From Pseudomonadota bacterium (GTDB lineage Bacteria > Desulfobacterota > Desulfobacteria > Desulfobacterales > JBDRRP01): a DNA stretch of 57,205 nucleotides. The position numbers were made by a program, and so were the translations under genes. The stretch spans positions 1-57,205 of the forward strand of contig JBDRRP010000016.1 in assembly GCA_043825735.1 (NCBI GenBank), written 5' to 3'. The notes beneath the pieces were generated by a model. The model did no database searches. It was not told the DNA's origin and was given only the letters and a program-made list of their open reading frames with translations. The first letter of the stretch is position 1. Each line of letters opens with the position of its first letter. Shown here piece by piece: positions 18,831-29,024 of the stretch.

Positions 18831-19541
18831 TTATCGATAACAGGCGGCCACCGCATCCGCCGCCGTCCGCGATAGATAGTCTGAAATGGCCCCGTCGTAG
18901 GCCGCCGTGTGGGCAAAGGCTTTTTTAGCCAGCTCGAAACGCATCCCCAAATCCATGCGCCCGTTATTTTGCTTCAGCGCAGAAAGGATCTCCGGATAGT
19001 CCTGCGGGTTGACCACGGAAGCCACCCGGATAAAATTCTTTGCCGCCGCGCGGATCATGCAGGGCCCCCCGATATCGATATTACCCCGCGCGGCCTCGGG
19101 CGTCGTCCCGTCGCGGGCGATGGTTTCTTCAAAAGGGTAGAGATTGACCACCACCATGTCGATGGGAACCGCGCCGGTGCGCGCCAAATCTGAACCATGG
19201 GCCGGGTTGTAAGTCTCCGTCAGCAGACCGAGGTATATCTTGAAATCGAGCGTCTTGACCAACCCGCCCTGGGTTTCGGGCTGCCCGGTATAATCGGAAA
19301 CCTGGGTGAGCACGCCGGCGGCCCCATCGCCCAGAATATCGCGGATATGGGCATAGGTCCCGCCTGTGGAAAAAATGCGGATGCCCGGGTTGACGGCCAA
19401 CAGGCCGGGGATAAAACTGTCCAGGCCGCGTTTATCCGAAACACTGATCAGCACGTGCCGGAGTTCCACCCAATTGTCAATTTTCTCCACGATGTTGAGT
19501 GTCATGACGTCTTGCCGACAGCGGCTGTCCGACGCCGGCAA
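18831..19541 (-). CDS. purH: IMP cyclohydrolase / MGS-like domain (N-terminal half of split PurH)
   Basis: LISVSDK, STGGT, GLVKTL, VNLYPF, IDIGGP and HTAAYD motifs. Start is TTG 19541 (SD AAGGAGG) or ATG 19505. Confidence 0.85.
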   Translation of the reverse strand: MPASDSRCRQDVMTLNIVEKIDNWVELRHVLISVSDKRGLDSFIPGLLAVNPGIRIFSTGGTYAHIRDILGDGAAGVLTQVSDYTGQPETQGGLVKTLDFKIYLGLLTETYNPAHGSDLARTGAVPIDMVVVNLYPFEETIARDGTTPEAARGNIDIGGPCMIRAAAKNFIRVASVVNPQDYPEILSALKQNNGRMDLGMRFELAKKAFAHTAAYDGAISDYLSRTAADAVAACYR

Positions 19542-19953
19542 TGCCCTCCTTTCTCTTTCCGGTTCTCGACCCTGCAAGCGCAATGCCGACTCAAACGATG
19601 TCCGGACCCCATCCGGCATCGCCGCCTCGCGGCACGGCGCACTCAAACGGTGCAGTGGTCGTTGGGTTGTGTGAGATCATTCATGAATTAACGGTGCGGA
19701 TCCCCGCTCTCTTTATTAGGATAGACTATCGATGGGCGTCAAGCGCGTTTGTGTTGGCCACACCGGTGGATGCGCCGTGAAGCCCGGGGTTTCGGAAGTA
19801 CCGGAAAAACACACACCTCATTGACATTACAGCACTTATCAATTACGGTGGCATAATTTTACCAGTTGATGCGATGCTGCGCCGTTCGCCTCCGAAGCGC
19901 CGGCGGGAATGTGACCGCACCGCCGGATGATAAATGCCCAGCGGGGGAATGAC

Positions 19954-22900
19954 ATGAGCAACCCGGATCTCATCGCCATGGCCATGGACGCCATGGTCGC
20001 CATCAATGCAGCCATCCGCAACATCCGCCTTTACCCGGCCGGCAGTGCGATGGTCAAAAAATCCATCGAACGGGTTCTTCCTCCCATGAATGCCGTGCTC
20101 GAACAGCAGGGCTCTCTCTCCTATGCCGAATCCGAGAAGGCGCTTCTTGTTTTCAACGAACCCCTGAGCGAAAAAGAACTCAAAAAACCCCAGGCGGCCT
20201 CCTTTATCGAGCTGCTCCTGGATTTTGGCATTCGTGATATCACCTTCCGGCGGGGTGTCTCCACGGCCGAGCTCGAGGCTCTCTTTTCCCTGCTGAGCCA
20301 AAAACCCGAAGACATCAGCGCCCAGGGCGGTCTTCACCGACTGGTACAAAGCGCCGCCCTGCGGCACATCCTTTTGGACCACAAGGTCTATGTTGCGCTG
20401 GCCAAGGACCAGGTGATAACCAGCTCCGGCCAACCGGAAGAGCAAGCGCGAAAGGCCATGTCTGATGGTGAGACGCCCACCGATGGTTCCGGATCCGACA
20501 GCCGCGTGCAGCAGTTGGCTGCAGCGCCTCGGGACCTGGCAGAAGCCATCCATGGCGGCATTGCCAGTTTATCGGAACAGGGTGAGGGGGCGCCGGGAAG
20601 CGGTCTCTCGGAGACACTGGGGCAGATACTCTCCATGCTGGACAACCACGGCGATTCCCAGGAGAAGGAATCCCTTGGAAAGGAAGTGGCAACAGCGCTG
20701 GCAAAAATGGCGCCGGACGCCCTGGCACGCATCCTGGCCAGCGACGTGCCGGGCATCCAAACCAGCAGCGTCCTGACGGAACTGGGCGAACTGCTGGAAG
20801 AGGATGCCTTCAGCGCTGTGGCCGCCCGGCTGCAAGTGTCCCCACCGGGGCGCACGACGGCCGGACAGGCGGAGGCAGCGGCCGGCACCGGAAGTCTCTC
20901 TGTTTACGACAATTTGATGCGCACCGACAAAGGCCAGCGCCTGCAAGCCCGGGTGGACGCCCTGGGCATAGTGGAAAAACAGGCCCAGACGGTGCGATTG
21001 AAAGCCGGCATCGGCCGGATAATGAGCGGAGACATCGCCCCCCTGAATGACCCGGAGCTGGCTCAAGCGATTCCCCGCACCGTGGTCCAGCTCATGGGCA
21101 AGGGCAAGCAGCATACCGCAACCACCATGATGGAGCGCCTGCAGCAGGGGCTGCGCAGCAACGATGCCGCCACCCGCGCCAGCGCCGCGGCAGTGATGGC
21201 AGAAACCGGCTCCGGCCTTGTGGCTCAGGGTTATGGGGACGCGGCTGAGGGCGTCGCTGTCGATCTGGTGCGATGGCTGAAGACGGAATCGGCTGTCATA
21301 CCCGCACTGGAGGATGTCTACACAAAACTGCAACGTCTTGCGCAGACACTGCTCAGGCAGGGCGCCTACCGCCAGGCCAACCGGTTTCTGACCCCCCTCA
21401 GCCGCATCAAGCGGGGCGAGATCCCCAAGGAGCCCAGTGTCCAGACCATCTGCGACATGGCCCTGAGCAACATCGCCGACAAAGAGACCCTCGACCTTCT
21501 GCTGGCCGGGTGCTGGAACGAGGAGGGCGCCTGTGATCCCGAAGCGATGAAATCGCTGCAACTGCTGTGCCCGTATTCCGCCGCCTACCTGCTCGATGCC
21601 CTGGCAGAAACAGTAGACCGGTCGCAGCGCATCCGCATTCTCCGTCTCTACCCGGACCTGGGTGATTTCGGCGTGGCGGAACTGGCTGAACGGATCTCCA
21701 GCGGCGGCCCCTGGTATTATCTGCGAAACCTCGTGACGCTGATCGGGAAAATGGGCAAGCCCGTCCATATCGATCATCTGGAACCGCTCCTTCACCACTC
21801 CGAGCCGCGGCTCCAGCGAGAGGTACTCAACGCGATCTACGCCATCGGCGACGACCTCCGGGGCACGGTGCTCACCCGGTACCTGCCATCTGCCGACGAT
21901 CAGATTAAAGCCTCCGTTATCGCCCTGCTCGGCGCTCTCAAACACGCGCCGGCAATCCGTCCCCTCGTGGATTTACTGGATAGCAAGGCAGCCATTTCAT
22001 CGAAATTCAAAGATCCGATCCAGGTCAAGGTCTGCCAAGCCTTAGGGGCCATCGGCGCCGTCGAAGCGGAGCCGGCGCTGACGACCATCGTCACGCAAAA
22101 GGGCGTGCTTCTAAAAGCTTACGCCACGAGCGTTCAGGAGGCGGCGAAAAAGGCGCTGGCCGCCATTAAAAAAGCACAGGCTGGTGACACGGCGGCAAAA
22201 CCCGCTGCGCCGAGACCGCCGGCAGCCCCCCCCACGCCCGCTCCCGCGACATCGAAAGCCGCGCCCGATAATGACACGCGGGAAAAAGAGGTGGATGCCC
22301 TCGTGGCCGCCGGAAAGACCGAAGCCGCCGTCAAGCTGCTTTTCGAGCTGATCGTGGCGCAGGCCAAGCTTAAGAATTTCGCACGGGCTGAAGCGCTTCG
22401 CGACAAGTTGATGGCCGTCGACGACATGGCACTCATGGAAATCGTCAAGGCTGCCGAGATCATCGAGGAAGAAAAATCCGCCGCTCTCGACGGGGGGCAT
22501 GCCGAACTCTGGAAAAACCTCTACGACATCCTCTCCTCAGAAGAAGTCAACGCGCTGTTCTATGGCATGGAAACCGTCGATTTTGCCACCGATGCCGTGA
22601 TCCTCAAACAGGATCAAATCAACGATCGGCTTTTTTTCATCAACAAGGGAAAGGTCAAGGCCATCTATCGGGCCGAGGAGAATGAATCGCTGCTCAGAAC
22701 CTACGAAAAGGGAGAAGTGATCGGTCTCGATTCGTTCTTCGATATCAAGGTGTGCACGACTTCGCTGGTGGCCGAAACGCCGGTAACCGCCATGGTGTTA
22801 ACCCGCTCGACGCTGGCGGTGTGGAAGGAAACCCAGCCGGCACTGGAGCCGAAACTGGTCAACTATTTCCTCAAATACGTAAAAGAGTATGATCTTCTTA

Positions 22901-23271
22901 AAAAAGCCGGACTCAACCGACGGCGCTCCGACCGAATAAAAATCGATGGTAAACTGCTCATCCAGATCGTCGACGCCAAAAACACGCCGATAGGCAAACC
23001 GTTCAAAGGCGATTTATCGGATTTATCAGCCAGCGGTCTCAGTTTTTTCATAAAAACTTCCAAGACGGAAACAGCCCGCATGCTGCTGGGCCGGCGCTTC
23101 CGGATGGCGTTTGCCATCCCCGGTGGGGACGCCCCCATAAAAATCAACCAGACCGGCACGGTGCTCAGCGTGAACTATCTTCTCCACACCGACTACTCGG
23201 TCCATGTCCGATTTATCGAACAGCTCAAAGATTCTGAAATAACCGCACTGGAAAAGTTAAAAACCGAATAG
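19954..23271 (+). CDS. Large HEAT-repeat protein with C-terminal cyclic-nucleotide-binding and PilZ domains
   Basis: N-terminal IRLYP motif. HEAT repeats (WYYLRNLVTLIGKMG; VCQALGAIG). cNMP-like segment (ILKQDQINDRLFFINKGKV...GEVIG). PilZ motifs RRRSDR and DLSASG. Start 19954 or 19927. Confidence 0.75.
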   Translation: MSNPDLIAMAMDAMVAINAAIRNIRLYPAGSAMVKKSIERVLPPMNAVLEQQGSLSYAESEKALLVFNEPLSEKELKKPQAASFIELLLDFGIRDITFRRGVSTAELEALFSLLSQKPEDISAQGGLHRLVQSAALRHILLDHKVYVALAKDQVITSSGQPEEQARKAMSDGETPTDGSGSDSRVQQLAAAPRDLAEAIHGGIASLSEQGEGAPGSGLSETLGQILSMLDNHGDSQEKESLGKEVATALAKMAPDALARILASDVPGIQTSSVLTELGELLEEDAFSAVAARLQVSPPGRTTAGQAEAAAGTGSLSVYDNLMRTDKGQRLQARVDALGIVEKQAQTVRLKAGIGRIMSGDIAPLNDPELAQAIPRTVVQLMGKGKQHTATTMMERLQQGLRSNDAATRASAAAVMAETGSGLVAQGYGDAAEGVAVDLVRWLKTESAVIPALEDVYTKLQRLAQTLLRQGAYRQANRFLTPLSRIKRGEIPKEPSVQTICDMALSNIADKETLDLLLAGCWNEEGACDPEAMKSLQLLCPYSAAYLLDALAETVDRSQRIRILRLYPDLGDFGVAELAERISSGGPWYYLRNLVTLIGKMGKPVHIDHLEPLLHHSEPRLQREVLNAIYAIGDDLRGTVLTRYLPSADDQIKASVIALLGALKHAPAIRPLVDLLDSKAAISSKFKDPIQVKVCQALGAIGAVEAEPALTTIVTQKGVLLKAYATSVQEAAKKALAAIKKAQAGDTAAKPAAPRPPAAPPTPAPATSKAAPDNDTREKEVDALVAAGKTEAAVKLLFELIVAQAKLKNFARAEALRDKLMAVDDMALMEIVKAAEIIEEEKSAALDGGHAELWKNLYDILSSEEVNALFYGMETVDFATDAVILKQDQINDRLFFINKGKVKAIYRAEENESLLRTYEKGEVIGLDSFFDIKVCTTSLVAETPVTAMVLTRSTLAVWKETQPALEPKLVNYFLKYVKEYDLLKKAGLNRRRSDRIKIDGKLLIQIVDAKNTPIGKPFKGDLSDLSASGLSFFIKTSKTETARMLLGRRFRMAFAIPGGDAPIKINQTGTVLSVNYLLHTDYSVHVRFIEQLKDSEITALEKLKTE

Positions 23272-23322
23272 GCGTCGTCGCTGCGCTCCGGCAGTTTTTA
23301 TAGCAGAATGACTGCCAACGTT

Positions 23323-23494
23323 TTAATGGTCCCGTAAAAAGGCGGAATCTCTCGCAAAATCGCCATTCGGCAGACTCACGACCCTGAGCGAAGTCGAAAG
23401 GCAACGATCGCAAAGCAAACCCGTTGATATTAAATAAGTTTTCTTGGCGCGCTTGGCGTCTTTGCGAGAAAATTCCTTTTTTACGCGCTCGTCA
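23323..23494. repeat. Inverted copy of the composite REP-like element at 11899-12045
   Basis: CGTAAAAAGG...CTCTCGCAAA...CCCTGAGCGAAGTCGAAAGG...CTTGGCGCGCTTGGCGTCTTTGCGAGAAAA...CCTTTTTTACG. Confidence 0.75.
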
Positions 23495-23658
23495 CACTTG
23501 ATCCTCCTGCATCTCCGCAAAGACTTTCTTGAGATCGGTTCTAATTCCGTACGCCTCCCCCCGCTGCCAATTGACGCGACGTCGACAAGCCTTTATGGTG
23601 ATCGGCACCAGCGTTGCCTGCGCCGACACTCACCAACCAACAGAAAGGCGTTGCACCC

Positions 23659-24381
23659 ATGTCCGGCAGAAAACTCGCGGCCCTGATTATAGGGTGTGCC
23701 CTTCTGACCACCGTCGCCGAAGCCGCCTTTTACCGGTACCAGGACGCAGCGGGCCGAACCGTCTTTGTCGATGATCTCGACAAAGTACCCGAGGCCTTCA
23801 AAAACACTGTTCAGGTGTATCCCGAAGCCGTGGACACCATGACGGACAAGCAGCGAGAAGTATTTGACGCCGAGGATGCCCGCCGGCAGCACGACCAGCG
23901 GCAGCGGTATTTAGAGCACCTCAGGGAAATTGAGGCAAAATCCGATTCATCGGCCGCAGCAGAAAAAGATGCGCCGGTCACCACACGGGTGCGGGTCATC
24001 AACAACCAGGTACTCGTTCCTGTGAAAATGGGATACGGGGGGATGGAAACCGAGGCGGTGCTGCTGTTGGACACCGGTGCAAACATCACCACCATTCACC
24101 AGGAAGTGGCCACGCCCCTGGGGCTGCGATGGCCAAAGCGCGCCACCATGCAGGTGGTGGGCGGCCGGCGCATCCGGGCCGGCATGGCCACGCTGGAATA
24201 TATCACGCTGGGCACCCTGCGCCTCAAGAACATCGATATCGGCATCATCGAACACGAAGGCGCAAAGCTGCCCTTTGCCGGGCTGCTGGGGATGAACGTG
24301 CTGCGCCGTGTCGAATTTCAAGTGGACTTGAAAAATCAGCGCATCATCTGGAAACGCCGATCAGACAGCGATGCGAAGTAG
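23659..24381 (+). CDS. Exported DUF4124-like + retropepsin-like aspartyl protease
   Basis: Signal peptide; YRYQDAAGRTVFVD N-domain; LLDTGA catalytic motif; GLLGMN. Confidence 0.82.
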   Translation: MSGRKLAALIIGCALLTTVAEAAFYRYQDAAGRTVFVDDLDKVPEAFKNTVQVYPEAVDTMTDKQREVFDAEDARRQHDQRQRYLEHLREIEAKSDSSAAAEKDAPVTTRVRVINNQVLVPVKMGYGGMETEAVLLLDTGANITTIHQEVATPLGLRWPKRATMQVVGGRRIRAGMATLEYITLGTLRLKNIDIGIIEHEGAKLPFAGLLGMNVLRRVEFQVDLKNQRIIWKRRSDSDAK

Positions 24382-24386
24382 CAGCC

Positions 24387-25085
24387 TTACTCCAGTGACA
24401 TCACCCCCAGCCACCGGCGATAGCGCGTGTCGGTGGACAGCCCGCGGCGCGTCATCAAGGCAATCATGGGGGCGACATCGAACCGAAGATATGGATTGAC
24501 GCGGCGTTCGGCCCCCAGGGTGGACACCACATGGTACGGATCGTAAGCCGCCAGGTAGGATTCGATATCGGGGTTTTCGGGCTCCATCCGCCGCGCTGCC
24601 GCCATGGACTGCCGAACATAGTCGTGTCCGCCATAAATACGCGTATCGTCAGGAAATGCCAGCAGCCTCAGAATCGAATGATAAAACGCTTCAAGGTCAC
24701 CACTGAAACAGTTGCCCACCGTGCCGTTAAAGAGCGTGTCTCCGGTGACCAGCCAGTCTTCGGCGGCAAAACAGACCGCATCGTCTGTGTGACCCGGGGT
24801 GGGCATCACCTGAACCCGCATCCTGCCGACTTCCACGCTGGTATCGGCGCTCTGTCCGGAAAAATCAAGGTGCCGGGCGCCGGTTTCCCGGATCAGGTCA
24901 TCGGTGCCGGTGAGGTGATCCGGGTGTCGATGGGTATGGGTCACAGAAACAAGATTCAGTGCGGCTTCGGCGAGAAAACCGAGGATCGCTGAAACCGCCC
25001 CCCCGTCCACCGCCATGGCGTGTGTCCGGTCATGGATGACATATCCCAGATTGTCGGCATGATATCGAAACTGTTGAATCGGCAT
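24387..25085 (-). CDS. gloB: Hydroxyacylglutathione hydrolase family (metallo-beta-lactamase fold)
   Basis: THRHPDH, TPGHT, TGDTLF, GHDY and ERRVNPYLR motifs. Confidence 0.82.
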   Translation of the reverse strand: MPIQQFRYHADNLGYVIHDRTHAMAVDGGAVSAILGFLAEAALNLVSVTHTHRHPDHLTGTDDLIRETGARHLDFSGQSADTSVEVGRMRVQVMPTPGHTDDAVCFAAEDWLVTGDTLFNGTVGNCFSGDLEAFYHSILRLLAFPDDTRIYGGHDYVRQSMAAARRMEPENPDIESYLAAYDPYHVVSTLGAERRVNPYLRFDVAPMIALMTRRGLSTDTRYRRWLGVMSLE

Positions 25086-25259
25086 GGCTGTTTCCCCGCG
25101 TTCTGCAAATCCGCATCAGCCCCCTATATACCGACAGCGCTGCGAGATCAAACTGCTGCCGGCCACGCGCCAGCAGACAATCGATTTCCCTATTAAAAAA
25201 TCCGTTTCTCCACGAAGCCCAGTTTAACGTCAAAGACCGGTGTCCCCGATGACATTGTG

Positions 25260-25348
25260 ATCACCACAAAGTCCCGGAGAGCACGGAGAACTCAAAAGGT
25301 GCTGATATTGATTATAAAACCTCCGCATTCTCCGTGACTCCGTGGCTC
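25260..25348. repeat. REP-like palindromic doublet with AT-rich loop
   Basis: CCACAAAGTCCCGGAGAGCACGGAG versus CTCCGCATTCTCCGTGACTCCGTGG. Confidence 0.6.
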
Positions 25349-25504
25349 AGCATCACTGCGGGAAAAGGCCAACCGGCGCTTTCTGCATAAGTGCAACAAA
25401 TTTTCACAGACTCCACATTAATCCACCGATCGTTGAAATGAATTTATCGTTATTAACTAAAGAAAATTATTACAGATAACATATCTATGTTTTTCCTTTT
25501 TCTC

Positions 25505-25568
25505 TTGACAAATATTGTAGTTCAGGTAATTTGACCAATAATGTGGATAAAAGTGGAGATTATTGGGG
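25505..25568 (+). promoter_or_regulatory. dcw promoter and MraZ-binding direct repeats
   Basis: TTGACA (25505), N16, TAATTT. GTGGA/GTGGA/TTGGG boxes at 25543, 25553 and 25563 with a 10-nt period. Confidence 0.7.
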
Positions 25569-25571
25569 AAA

Positions 25572-26018
25572 ATGTTTAGGGGCAGCAGTTTCCACACTAT
25601 CGACGCCAAAGGGCGCATCATCGTACCGGCCCGGTTCCGCGAGGCCATTCATGCCGGCGGGACCGATCGGATCATGGTGTCTCAGATGGACCACTGCCTG
25701 GTGGCGTATCCCCTTGATGGATGGCGAAAAATTGAAGACCGTATCATGTCCATGGCCGAAAAGAGTGAAAGCATGCGACGCTTTCGGCGGGTGTTCATCG
25801 GCGGCGCCTACGAGTGCACCTTCGACCGTCAGGAGCGCATCCTCATCCCGCCGTCGCTCAGGCAGTACGCGGCCATGGAAAAACACATCGTCATGGTCGG
25901 AGTCCTGGATCACTTCGAAATATGGTCCAAAGCCAACTGGGACGACGAGTCCCAGCGTTTGGAAGATGACATGAAGATCGAGGAGGTCCGTAACGAAATT
26001 GCCAGATTAGGGCTGTAA
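25572..26018 (+). CDS. mraZ: Division/cell-wall cluster transcriptional repressor
   Basis: MFRGSSFHTIDAKGRIIVPARFR, DRQERILIP and GVLDHFEIW motifs; first gene of dcw. Confidence 0.95.
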   Translation: MFRGSSFHTIDAKGRIIVPARFREAIHAGGTDRIMVSQMDHCLVAYPLDGWRKIEDRIMSMAEKSESMRRFRRVFIGGAYECTFDRQERILIPPSLRQYAAMEKHIVMVGVLDHFEIWSKANWDDESQRLEDDMKIEEVRNEIARLGL

Positions 26019-26022
26019 TGCC

Positions 26023-26976
26023 ATGGCCTTTGAACATACATCCGCAATGCCCGAGGAGGTGGCGCGCCATCTGGCGTGCGCTCCCGGGATGACGGCTGTC
26101 GACGGCACGGTGGGCGGCGCGGGGCACGCTGCAGCCATCTGTCGACGAATATCACCCGGAGGCATCTTTATCGGTGTGGACAGAGACATCGACGCCATTA
26201 AGCACGCAAAAAATGTATTGGAAGCCTTTCAGGACGTCACGGTTCACCTCGTGCATGACACCTTTGCCAATCTCAAGACCATACTCCACCGCCTGGGCCT
26301 GACGCGCGTCGATCGTATTTTGCTGGATCTCGGGGTGTCACTGCACCAGCTTAAAGCAGGGGCACGCGGATTCAGTTTCACCGCCGACGAACCCCTGGAT
26401 ATGCGCATGGACGTGAGGCAGCCGTTGACGGCGGCCGACCTCGTCAACGATAGCAGCCAGGAGACGCTGGCAGACATCCTCTGGCGCTACGGCGAAGAAC
26501 GCCATTCCCGTCGTATCGCCCGGCAGATTGTCGAAAGCCGTTCCAGGGAGCCCATCACAACGGCGGCAGTCCTGGCCGACATTGTGTCGCGGGCGGCCCC
26601 CCGGCCGCGACAACAACAACGGCTGCACCCGGCCACCCGAACCTTCATGGCCCTTCGAATCGCGGTCAACGAGGAGCTGATCCAATTGGAGGGTTTCATG
26701 GACAGCGTCCCGGATGTTCTGCAAGCGGGTGGCCGGCTCTGCGTGCTGTCTTTTCACAGCCTTGAAGACCGCATCGTCAAACACGCGATGAAAACGCTGG
26801 CAAGGGCGTGTGTGTGCCCTCCGGAGCTGCCTCGGTGCACCTGCGGCGGCCGCGCGCAGTTTCGGCTGCTCACCCGCCGTACCGAGCGCCCGTCGGACGC
26901 GGAAATCCACAGCAACCCGGCTGCCCGCAGCACACGGCTCAGGGCCATCGAGCGGCTGTCAGATACCGAAGGGTGA
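26023..26976 (+). CDS. rsmH: 16S rRNA m4C1402 methyltransferase
   Basis: DGTVGGAGHA, DLGVS, RGFSF, PLDMRM, HPAT and FHSLEDRIVK motifs. Confidence 0.96.
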   Translation: MAFEHTSAMPEEVARHLACAPGMTAVDGTVGGAGHAAAICRRISPGGIFIGVDRDIDAIKHAKNVLEAFQDVTVHLVHDTFANLKTILHRLGLTRVDRILLDLGVSLHQLKAGARGFSFTADEPLDMRMDVRQPLTAADLVNDSSQETLADILWRYGEERHSRRIARQIVESRSREPITTAAVLADIVSRAAPRPRQQQRLHPATRTFMALRIAVNEELIQLEGFMDSVPDVLQAGGRLCVLSFHSLEDRIVKHAMKTLARACVCPPELPRCTCGGRAQFRLLTRRTERPSDAEIHSNPAARSTRLRAIERLSDTEG

Positions 26977-26979
26977 CCC

Positions 26980-27285
26980 ATGCGCGGAAATGTCAAAACC
27001 ACCGATGACCCCAAAAACGGCCGCGGCGCACTGTTTCATATGGGCATGTTGCTGCTGGCGGTATTTATCGGTGAGCTTTTTTTTTACACCTGGTGCCGTG
27101 TCCAGTGCACACAGATGGCGTATGCCATCTCCCATGAAGAAAGCCGTCACCAGAAACAGCGAACACTCCAAAGCGAACTTAAAACAGAGTTGGCGCGACT
27201 GACGTCGCCGGCGCTCATCGAATCCCGGGCGCGCCAGTTGGGCATGATCGCCCCTCACCCCAACCAGATTGTGACACTGCCATGA
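26980..27285 (+). CDS. ftsL: Cell division protein FtsL-like
   Basis: Single TM plus coiled coil ending LTSPALIESRARQLGM; lies between rsmH and ftsI. Confidence 0.8.
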   Translation: MRGNVKTTDDPKNGRGALFHMGMLLLAVFIGELFFYTWCRVQCTQMAYAISHEESRHQKQRTLQSELKTELARLTSPALIESRARQLGMIAPHPNQIVTLP

Positions 27286-29024
27286 GTGCTGCACACGATC
27301 GACGCATCCGTTTTCGTATCGTCTTTATCGGTGTGGTTTTCTCTTTTTTTCTGACCGTGATCGGGACAAAGGCCGTCTATCTCCAGGTGGTCCAGAGCCG
27401 GTGGTTGACCCAACGAGCAACCCATGAATACCAGCGCAGTTACCAGATCAGCGGCAACCGAGGCGGCATCTACGATACCAACGGCAACGAGCTTGCCATC
27501 AGCGGCGATGCCATCTCCATCGCTATCGATCCGGGCGCCGTCGAAAACCCTTCGGCATCGGTCGCCGTACTGGCCCGGGCGCTTGACCTCGACAGGGCCT
27601 TTGTGACCGATCGCATCAAAGACCCTGACCGATCTTTCGTGTGGTTGAAACGCCGCGTTTCCCCCGAGGAGGAAGCGCGCGTCAAGGCCACCGATATCAA
27701 AGGACTCCAATACGTCCGTGAGCGGTGCCGCTATTATCCCAAACGCGAACTGGCGGCCCATGTCCTCGGGTTCACCGGTTTGGACGGTACCGGACTGGAA
27801 GGGGTCGAATTCTACTACGACCAGATTTTGCAAGGCGACAGGAGCAAGTTGCAGGTACTGCGCGACGCCTTAGGACGCCGGTTCGATGCTGAAAAAGGGC
27901 TGGCGCCGAGCCGGGACGGCGGCAGCCATCTGGACCTGACCATCGATCAGACCATTCAACACATCGCAGAAAAAGAACTGGAGCGGGCGGTCGTCGACAG
28001 CAAGGCTTCTGCCGGCACCGTGGTGATCATGAACCCCCGTACCGGGGCTGTACTGGCCATGGCCAATTTCCCGAGTTTCAATGCCAATTCATATGGCGAT
28101 TATCCCAGCCGCGTCTGGCGAAACCGGGCTGTAACGGACCGCTTCGAACCGGGCTCCACCATGAAGATCTTCAGCGCCGCGGCCGCCATCGAAACCGGCG
28201 GCTACACCCCTTCAAGCGCTTTTTACTGTGAGAACGGGGCCTACCGCATCGGTCCCAACGTAATCCACGACACCAAGCCCCACGGCTGGCTCACACTCAG
28301 AGAGATCATAAAATATTCCAGCAATATCGGTGCGGTGAAGCTTGGCGAGAACATCGGGTCCCAGCCCCTCCACCACGTGCTGAGCCAATTCGGCTTCGGT
28401 GCAAAGACCGGGATCGATTTTCCGGGAGAAACCAGCGGCAAGCTGCTCTCGTATAAGGAATGGACACTGATCGACGCCGGGGCCATCGCCTTCGGGCACG
28501 GTGTGTCGGTGACGGCGCTCCAGCTCACGGCCGCCACCGCCGCCATCGCCAATGGCGGGGTCCTGATGAAGCCCTATGTGGTCAAGGCCATCAAGGACTC
28601 CCGCGGGCGCTTGATTCAGCAGTTTTCACCCCAGCCCGTGCGTCAGGTCGTGTCGGCCGAGACCGCCGGCGTCGTCATCGACATGATGCGTGCGGTGGTC
28701 GAGTCTGAAGGAACCGGCGTGAAGGCCAGCCTGATCGGCTACACGGCTGGAGGCAAGACCGGTACTGCACAGAAAGTCAACGACGACGGCAGCTACGCCA
28801 ACGACCGTTTCGTAGCGTCCTTTGTCGGGTTCGCCCCGGCATCACACCCGGCGGTGGTCATACTGGTGGTCATCGATGAACCCACCGAGAGTCATTACGG
28901 TGGCACGGTGGCCGCTCCGGCCTTCCGCGAGATGGCGCAGTCCATTCTGGACTATATGAACGTGCCTCCGGACGCCGAGAGAGACAACATGATCGTTTCC
29001 ATGAACAAAGAGGCCAGAGGATGA
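27282..29024 (+). CDS. ftsI: Penicillin-binding protein 3 (division transpeptidase)
   Basis: RGGIYD, EPGSTMK (SxxK), SSN (SxN) and KTGTAQK motifs. Confidence 0.94.
   Translation: MSAAHDRRIRFRIVFIGVVFSFFLTVIGTKAVYLQVVQSRWLTQRATHEYQRSYQISGNRGGIYDTNGNELAISGDAISIAIDPGAVENPSASVAVLARALDLDRAFVTDRIKDPDRSFVWLKRRVSPEEEARVKATDIKGLQYVRERCRYYPKRELAAHVLGFTGLDGTGLEGVEFYYDQILQGDRSKLQVLRDALGRRFDAEKGLAPSRDGGSHLDLTIDQTIQHIAEKELERAVVDSKASAGTVVIMNPRTGAVLAMANFPSFNANSYGDYPSRVWRNRAVTDRFEPGSTMKIFSAAAAIETGGYTPSSAFYCENGAYRIGPNVIHDTKPHGWLTLREIIKYSSNIGAVKLGENIGSQPLHHVLSQFGFGAKTGIDFPGETSGKLLSYKEWTLIDAGAIAFGHGVSVTALQLTAATAAIANGGVLMKPYVVKAIKDSRGRLIQQFSPQPVRQVVSAETAGVVIDMMRAVVESEGTGVKASLIGYTAGGKTGTAQKVNDDGSYANDRFVASFVGFAPASHPAVVILVVIDEPTESHYGGTVAAPAFREMAQSILDYMNVPPDAERDNMIVSMNKEARG

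Noticed and set aside
19542..19720. Possible ZTP riboswitch upstream of purH
   Set aside because: The conserved GACUGGCG / CGCCUGGG elements were not found by eye; only generic hairpins are present.
23225..23520. Small ORFs across the palindromic repeats (also 6199-6420 and 12007-12216)
   Set aside because: Translations of REP-like DNA (e.g. FSRKDAKRAK, LPFDFAQG), not genes.
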